Source: Macrostomum lignano
Taxonomy: Eukaryota
Reading direction: 5' to 3'
Length of the DNA stretch: 20,115 nt
NCBI GenBank assembly: GCA_002269645.1
Contig: NIVC01003904.1
Span: 1 to 20,115, forward strand
The translations under genes and the position numbers were made by a program. Below are positions 9,601 through 18,600 of the stretch, in pieces. The notes below the pieces were generated by a model. It searched no databases and was not told where the DNA came from. It saw only the letters and a list, made by a program, of their open reading frames with translations. The first letter of the stretch is position 1, and every line of letters starts with the position of its first letter.

Positions 9601-12600
9601 GATTTAAAACGATTTAAAATGAAGTAAACTATTTAGAACTATGTAGAATGAGTCAGGACAAATTAAAATAATTTAGAATGATTCATGATTATTTAAAATT
9701 AATTAAAATTAATGAAAATTAATGAAAATTAATGAAAATGAAATAAAATGAACTGAAACAAATTAAAATTAATTATAATTGAATTAATTATAATTGATTA
9801 GATTAAAATTTCATCAGTCGAATTGTGTAAACTCAGTAAAACTGTGGTGTACTCAAACGGTGAAAAACTGTTGATAAACGCGCATTTAAATAGTATTAAT
9901 TCAAAATTTGAAATAACTACTTAGAAATAATAATCATTACTAGCTAATTCCTATTTACAGTACAATGCAACATGTATAGTAACTATTTCTCTATTTAAGT
10001 AAATATATTAAAATCAAATTCATAAAAATGCGAACATTTATTAACATTTTTATATTTGTTTATGTAGTTTTAGTTTGCATTGTCTTACTGATACAGTCTA
10101 TGCAACATAAAAGAAACAATTTTGTCAAATTTAAATCATCTAAATTTTCTAAAACTATTTGATTCTCAAACGCATAGCTCCTGCTTATTTTGCACCACCA
10201 GACTTGGTTCGAGATGGACCGCCGCATCACGGACAATGCCAATGAGGCCAAGGATAATGTGAAATTTTTGTACACCCTCGATGAGCACTGCATGCCGCTG
10301 TACCACAGCGACCCGGTGAAGATGGTGGACATGATCCCCAAGCTGATCAACGGCATCAGGATGATCCACAGCATCTCGCGGTACTACAACACCTCCGAGC
10401 GGATGACTTCGCTGTTCGTGAAGGTCACCAACCAGATGATCACCGCTTGCAAGAGCTACATCAGCCAGGCGCACACGGAGACCATCTGGTCCCAGCCGAC
10501 GGACCAGGTGATCGCTAAACTCAAGGATTGCATCCGGCTTAACGAAGAGTACCAGACCTGCTTCCAGCGGACCAAGGCCAAGCTCGAGCAGATGCCCAAC
10601 GAGAAGAAGTTCGAGTTCTCCGAGATGTACATCTTTGGCAAGTTTGACACGTTCTGTCGACGGCTGAAGAAGATCATCGAGATGTTCCAGACCATGGAGA
10701 TGTTCTCGCACCTGGCCGAGTCCAAAATCGAAGGCATGGAGATGATGTCCGCCAAGTTCAACGTCATCGTGGTTGGCATGAAGAAAAAGCCGTACGACTT
10801 TTTGGATCAGCGCAGAGTTGATTTCGATAATGACTATGAGGATTTCAAGCGGCAGATTCTGGAGTTGCAGGTGCGTTGCTAGGGTCTTTCTCTAGTCGAG
10901 TAGGGCAAGCTTTCCATGACCTAAACTAAATGACCCATGCTGTCAATGACTCACATTTTCTATTGTCTCTGATTTAAACTGTCAGTATCCCAGGCTGTCT
11001 ATGACCCAAGCTATCTAGATGCCTATGACTTACTTTACTCAGCTGCAGGGTGGCGAGCGTCGCCCATTCCGCTAATCCCTGAGACTAGACTAGAGCTAGG
11101 GCCGCGGGGCCGGTCAGGGAGGTCTGCCGGACCTGTTTTCAGCGTGGTTTTTAGTGGGGAAGACAGAGGTCGTTTGGTAGCCCTCTAGATACCTATGACC
11201 CAAGCTGTCTATGACCAAAGCTGTCGATGACCGAAACTGTCTATGACCCAAGCTATCTATGAACCGAACTGTATATAATCAAATTTTCTGTAAAAAAAAC
11301 TCCATGACCCAAACCGTATCAGCTAAACTGATAATGACACTAATTATCTATGGCCCAAGCACTAATCGACCCTTGAATTCCCATTCCCGGCACGCTCCAG
11401 GGCAGCATCCAGGCCTTCATGGACGCCCGCTTTGAGAAGCTGACCAGCTCCTACCGAGCGCTGCAGACTCTGAAGCGATTCGAACGGCTGCGAATTCCTC
11501 GCCTTGGTATCGAGGAGAAATACCAGAAGATACTGGTCTTCTACGGCAAGGAGCTGGACAGCGCAGTCCGCATCTACAACAAGAACAAGGACGATCCGCC
11601 AATCGCACGCGACCTGCCGCCAATCGGCGGCAAAATCTGCTGGGCCCGCCAGCTGTTCCGCCGCATCGAGGAGCCCATGGTGCTCTTCAAGACCATGCCG
11701 CAGCTGCTGGCCAGCCCGGAGGGCAAGCGCATTGTGAAGAACTACAACAAGCTGGCCGAGGTGCTGGTGGCATTCGAGATGCTCTACCACCGCGCCTGGA
11801 CCAAACAGGTGCAGTCGGCGCAGGTCGGCCTGAAGGCCTCGCTGCTGGTGCGCCACCCGGAGACCAAGCGGCTCTTCATCAACTTGGACGCTGAGATTCT
11901 CACTCTGATCAGGGAGACGGAGCTGATGGCGCGTCTGGGCATGGACATCCCGCTAGCGGCGCAGCATCTTCGGGCCCGCCAGGTGGCTATCAAACGCCAC
12001 TACGAGAGCCTCGGCATGATGCTGGACGAGTACAACCGGATTCTAGACGGCGTGCCGCCCGAGTACGAGCCGCTGATGGGCCCGCGGCTTAACAGACTGC
12101 GCCGCGTGGTGGAGCCGGGACTGACCACGCTCAACTGGATGAGCCTCGGCACGGACAAGTACATCGAGGAGGTGTACGCTGACATGCGCGATGTGGAGCT
12201 GCTGCTCAGCCGCGCTAAGGATCTGCGCGAGTTCCGCATCGACCAGGTGCTGGACGAGATGGCCACCGTGCAGCTGTGCGAGCTGCCCGACACTGAGCCC
12301 TGGACCATCGATGCCTTCCTGGAGCGGACGCAGAGCCTCTGCCACAAGGGCGCCCAGCTGCTCCAGGTTAAGAGCATCAACGTCGAGGAGGCCGTCAATG
12401 AGCTCATCAACATGCTCGTCGGCGAAGACGAACCTGAGCAGCCGGCGACTGTCGATGAGCCCGACAAGCCAACTGATGAGGCGCCAGCGGCCGAGCAGCC
12501 GGAGGGCGGCGAGCGGATCCTTCGCCGGCCGAAGAAGGACGAGAAGGCGCAGATCGAGGAAGCCGCAATGGAGCTGCTGAGCCACTTCAACCACAGGAAC

Positions 12601-15600
12601 ATGGACGCGATTGTGAAGGTGACACGCAACACGCTGGAGGCGCTGCGCAAGCGGATCACCGCTTCGACTCTGGCTGCCTACGACAGGACTGCCACCGCCC
12701 AGAGGCCGTTCTTCCAGTGCTTCGCCATGCTGGCGATCCCGCAAGTGGTGGTGCAGCCGACCACCGAGGACGTGCAGCAGTGTGTCAACAAGGCCTGCCA
12801 GAGCATCATCGGCGTCAGCAAGGGCGTCTCCCAGTGGTCCAAGGAGCGCAAGCTGACCAAAGCAAAGCCAGAGGAAGCCGACGACTTTTTCATCGAGACG
12901 ACCGAGGGTGGCGGCGACCCGGCAACGGCCAGGTCGGACGCTCGCCGACCCAGCGTGGCAGCCAGCGTGGCGCCAACCGACATCTCCGGTCAGTCGGACG
13001 TGGCCGCTTCCCGGACTGGCCTGCGGAGCCACCGGCAGCGGCAGGACAGCGAGGACGGCGCTGCCTCGCAGCAGTACGCGGTGCAGATGCAGGCCAACAA
13101 CTACTTCAAGAACGTATCGGACAACAAAGAGGTCGCCAAGCTGGCCTCACTGCTGTCAACTGCCATCAACAGTCAAAAGAAGGAGATCGTGACGGCTCTG
13201 GAGCGCTTCTACCGCTACAAGTACATCTGGGAGCTGAACCGGGAGGAGACTCTGCAGCAGTTCGTCAGCCAGTCGCCTCGATTAGGCGAATACGAGGCCA
13301 AGATTATCGAGTTCGAGCGCGAGGAGGAGCGAATCAGCGGCGAGTCGGCGTCCTACGACTGCGGCCCGGTGGCAATCTTCACCGAGCGGCTCAAGCTGGG
13401 CCTGCTCACCGAGAGCAAGGCCTGGCGGCTGCTGTACGGCCGCTCCTGCAACCAGAAGTACAAGACCGAGATGGAGGAATTCTTTGCTTTCATCGAAGAT
13501 ATCGAGAAGCGACTCAGCCGGCCAATCAAAGATCTGGACGACATCCGCATCGCCATGGCCGCGCTCAAAGACATCCGGGAGAACGAGATCCGCATCGACA
13601 TGGGCATTGGCCCCATCGAGGAGTCCTACGCCATGCTCAACAAGCACGAGCTCCCCGTGCCCACGGAGGAGGCCGAACGAGTTGACACCCTCCGTTACAC
13701 CTGGGAGAAGCTGCGCGCCCACGGTATTGAAGTGCAGAACCACCTGGTCAGCATCCAATCAGACTTCCGGGACAATCTCGTGCAGGAAGTGGTGGTGTTC
13801 AAGAACGACTGCAACAAGTTCTACGAGGACTATGACACTGCGGGTCCCATGGTGCCCGGCGTGGCGCCGCGAGAGGCTTCGGACAGGCTGATCATCTTCC
13901 AGAACCAGTTCGACAATCTCAACAGGAAGTTCGTCACGTACACGGGTGGCGAGGAGCTGTTCGGCCTGCCGGTCAGCGACTACCCGGAGCTCCATCGGAT
14001 CAAGAAGGAGCTGAACTTGCTCACTAAGCTCTACAGTCTGTATAACGATGTGATCAACACGGTCAACGGCTATTACGACATTCTGTTCACTGAAGTTGAC
14101 ATCGAGAAGATCAGCACGGAGCTGCAAGAGTTCCAGAACCGATGCCGCAAGCTGCCCAAGGCGCTGAAAGACTGGCCAGCGTTCGCCGATCTCAACAAGA
14201 CAATTGACGACTTCAATGAGATGGTGCCGCTGCTGGAGCTGATGACTAACAAAGCCATGAAGCCGCGTCACTGGCAGAGAATGTCCGACCTCACCAAGCA
14301 CCACTTCGACGTTGAGAGTGACGGGTTCACTCTGCGGAACATCCTGGAGGCGCCGCTGCTGCAGTATAAAGAGGAGATCGAGGACATCTGCATCAGCGCC
14401 GGCAAGGAGAAGGACATCGAGGCCAAACTAAAGGCCGTCATCGCCGAGTGGAGCAGCCACGAGTTTCGCTTTGGCACGTTCAAAAACCGTGGCGAGCTGC
14501 TCCTGCGCGGCGACCACACCGGCGAGATAATCAGCTTCATGGAGGATTCGCTGATGGTGCTCAGCTCGCTGCTTAGCAACCGCTACAACGCACCGTTCAA
14601 GAAGCAAATCCAGCAGTGGGTGAGCAACCTGTCGAACAGCTCTGAGATCATCGAGCAGTGGATGACGGTTCAGAATCTGTGGGTGTACCTGGAGGCCGTG
14701 TTCGTCGGTGGCGACATCGCCAAGCAGCTGCCGAAGGAGGCAAAACGGTTCAGCAACATCGACAAGAGCTGGATCAAGATCATGACCCGGGCGCACGAGA
14801 CCACCAACGTCATCCAGTGCTGCGTCGGCGATGAGACCCTCTCCCAGCTCCTGCCGCACCTGCTGGAGCAGTTGGAGCTCTGCCAGAAGTCTCTCACCGG
14901 CTACCTGGAGAAGAAGCGCCTGCTGTTCCCGCGCTTTTTCTTCGTGTCCGATCCGGCCCTGCTGGAGATCCTCGGCCAGGCCTCGGACCCGCACACCATC
15001 CAGGCCCACCTGCTGTCCATCTTCGATAACATCAAGACGGTGAAGTTCCACGAGAAGCAGTACGAGACCATTCTGGCCTGCTACTCGAGCGAAGGCGAGC
15101 AGCTCGAGCTGGAGAAGCCGGTGAAGGCAGAGGGCAACGTGGAAGTCTGGCTGATGACGCTGATGCAGCAGAGTCAGCGCTCGCTGCACGGCGTGATCCG
15201 CACTGCCTACATGGCCATCAGCGACCAGAACTTCCAAATCCTGGAGTTCCTGGACATGTTCCCGGCGCAGATCGGCCTGCTTGGCATTCAGCTGATCTGG
15301 ACTCGTGACTCCACGGACGCGCTGAAAAACGCCAAGAGCGACAAGAAGGTGATGGCTAGCACCAATCAGAGCTTCCTAGATCTGCTAAATCTGCTGATTA
15401 ATCAGACCACGCGCGAGTTGACTAAAGTTGAGCGCACCAAGTTCGAGACGCTCATCACCATCCACGTGCACCAGCGTGACATATTCGAGGATCTGTGCAA
15501 GATGCACATCAAATCACCGACAGACTTCGAGTGGCTGAAGCAGACAAGATTCTACTTCATCGAGGACACTGACAAATGCATGATCAGCATCACGGATGTT

Positions 15601-18600
15601 GACTTCGAATACCAGAACGAGTTCCTTGGCTGCACCGAGCGTCTTGTAATCACCCCCCTGACTGACAGGTGCTACATCACCCTCGCCCAGGCTCTGGGAA
15701 TGTCCATGGGCGGCGCCCCGGCCGGGCCCGCCGGTACGGGAAAGACGGAGACCGTCAAAGACATGGGCCGCTGCCTCGGCAAGTACGTCGTGGTGTTCAA
15801 CTGCTCCGACCAGATGGACTTCCGCGGTCTGGGCAGAATCTACAAGGTAAGCTGGTCAACCCTGCTTAATGATCAGCCCTACGACGTAACTGTTGAAATG
15901 AACCTTGCCTCAGCCAATGAGAGAGCTCTCAAGACTGGGGGAACCGATTCAAACACGTTGTACAACCTGGGGGTTGTAGCGTAGTGGTTAGAGCGTCGGA
16001 CTCACAACTTGAAGGTCCGGGGTTCGATTCCCGATCCCACTGGAACAATTTGTGTCCTTGAGCAAGATACTTAACTCTGAATTGGTTCAGTTCTCCCAGC
16101 TGTAAAATGGGTGCCAGCATTAGCTGGGGTAATTGAGGCTGTGTGTGGCGACCCCCCAGTCCTTGGACTGAACAGCCGTACGCAGCCTTCAGATGTGTCG
16201 CGCAATAGCTGCGGCTGAGCTGTCGGTTGCATATCTGGCCCAACTAGGGCAGGTGTAATCAGTTATTGTTAACTATTATTTGTTTGAAGTTATCAAAAAT
16301 ATCCGCATTCAAGCACTTATTTAGCTCTAGTAGGACAAGAGCCATGGCTAGAACGATGAAAACAGGGCCTGTTTCCCCAAGGTGCAGTTCGCTCTGGGCT
16401 GCTAGTCGACTGTCGCCAGAACTAATCGGATTAACACCTGTCGTTCCTTCCAGGGCCTGGCCCAGTCCGGCAGCTGGGGCTGCTTCGACGAGTTCAACCG
16501 CATCGAGCTGCCTGTGCTGTCCGTGGCGGCTCAGCAGATCGCCATCGTGCTCTCCTGCAAGAAGGAGCGCAAGAAGCAGTTCATCTTCACTGACGGCGAC
16601 CTGGTCGAGATGAACCCGGAGTTCGGCATCTTCCTCACGATGAACCCCGGCTACGCTGGACGTCAGGAGCTGCCGGAGAATCTGAAGATCAACTTCCGCA
16701 CCGTGGCCATGATGGTGCCCGACAGGCAGATCATTATCCGCGTCAAGCTGGCCTCGGTCGGCTTCCTCGACAACATCACCCTCGCCAGGAAGTTCTTCAC
16801 TTTGTACAAGCTGTGCGAGGAGCAGCTCACCAAGCAGGTGAACGGTTTTAGAGATTGTCTCCTGCTCAACTCCAGCTCCTGCTTCTGACACTTCTCCTGC
16901 TGCTGCTCCTGACACTACTCCTGCTTCTGCTCCTGACACTTCTCCTGCTGCTGCTCCTGACACTACTCCTGCTTCTGCTCCTAACACTTCTCCTGCTGCT
17001 GCTCCTGACACTACTCCTGCTGCTGCTCCTGACCCTACTCCTGCTTCTGCTCCTAACACTACTCCTGCTCCTGACACTACTCCTGCTGCTGCTCCTGACC
17101 CTACTCCTGCTTCTGCTCCTAACACTACTCCTGCTGCTGCTCCTGACCCTACTCCTACTTCTGCTCCTGACACTACTCCTGCTTCTGCTCCTGACACTAC
17201 TCCTGCTCCTGACACTTCTCCTGCTGCTGCTCCTGACCCTACTCCTACTTCTGCTCCTAACACTACTCCTGATACTGCTCCTGACCCTACTCCTGCTTCT
17301 GCTCCTGACACTACTCCTGATACTGCTCCTGACCCTACTCCTACTTCTGCTCCTGACACTACTCCTGCTTCTGCTCCTGACACTACTCCTGCTCCTGACA
17401 CTTCTCCTGCTGCTGCTCCTGACCCTACTCCTACTTCTGCTCCTAACACTACTCCTGATACTGCTCCTGACCCTACTCCTGCTTCTGCTCCTGACACTAC
17501 TCCTGATACTGCTCCTGACCCTACTCCTGATGCTGCTCCTATCGCTATTCCAATCCTATATACTAAAAATCTGTCGGTATGCGATAGATTTCAGAAAAAA
17601 TGGCTCAACCGATTTTCTTCAAACTTGCACCATTTGATCAGAAATTTCTACTAATTTCAGGTGCACTACGACTTCGGCCTGCGCAACATTTTGTCCGTGC
17701 TGCGCACCCTGGGCACTGTGAAACGCTCCAACCCGAACGACAGCGAGCAGACGACAGTTATGCGAGTGCTGCGCGACATGAACTTGTCCAAGCTGGTGGA
17801 CCAGGACGAGCCGCTGTTCCTGTCGCTTATTAATGATCTTTTCCCAGGTACGAGCGTATAAGCGGATTGAAACAACGTAGACAATATTCTTTGCAGAATA
17901 AAGTAAAGATCAAGATGAACTTTGTAACCCGCAGGCATCACGCTGGACAAGGCGGGCTACCCGCAGCTAGAGGCCGCCATCGCCAAGCAGGTGCAGGAGG
18001 CGGAGCTCATCAACTGGGACTCCTGGAACCTGAAGCTCATTCAGCTTTTTGAGACGCAGCGCGTGCGTCACGGTATGATGACGCTGGGCCCCTCCGGAGC
18101 CGGCAAGACCCGCTGCATCCACACACTGATGAAGGCCTTGACGGACTGCGGCGAGCCGCACCGCGAGCTCCGCATGAACCCGAAGGCCATCACGGCGCCG
18201 CAGATGTTCGGCCGGCTCGACGTGGCCACCAACGACTGGACTGACGGCATCTTCTCCACGCTGTGGCGCCGCACCCTCAAGGCCAAGAAGGGCGAGCACA
18301 TCTGGCTGGTGCTGGACGGCCCCGTGGACGCCATCTGGATCGAGAACCTCAACTCCGTGCTGGACGACAACAAGACGCTGACTCTGGCTAACGGCGATCG
18401 AATCCCCATGGCGCCGAACTGCAAGATCATCTTCGAGGTGCACAACATCGACAATGCGTCGCCTGCCACAGTGTCCCGCAACGGCATGGTGTACATGTCC
18501 AGCTCTGGGCTCAACTGGAACCCCCTGCTCAGCGGCTGGCTGCTCAAGAGGCCAACATTTGAGCGCGACCAGCTGTTCCCGCTGTTCGAGAGCACCTTCC

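Noticed and set aside
9811-9817. CTGATGA on the minus strand as a hammerhead ribozyme core
   Set aside because: No flanking stems or appropriately placed GAAA could be found.
15969-16040. Functional tRNA-Val(CAC) gene
   Set aside because: The acceptor, anticodon and T stems pair poorly, there is no T-run terminator right after, and the sequence continues into a CORE domain, so it is a SINE head.
17885-17899. Alternative acceptor TTCTTTGCAG| at 17896 in intron 8
   Set aside because: Use would create an immediate in-frame TAA; the acceptor at 17934 preserves homology.
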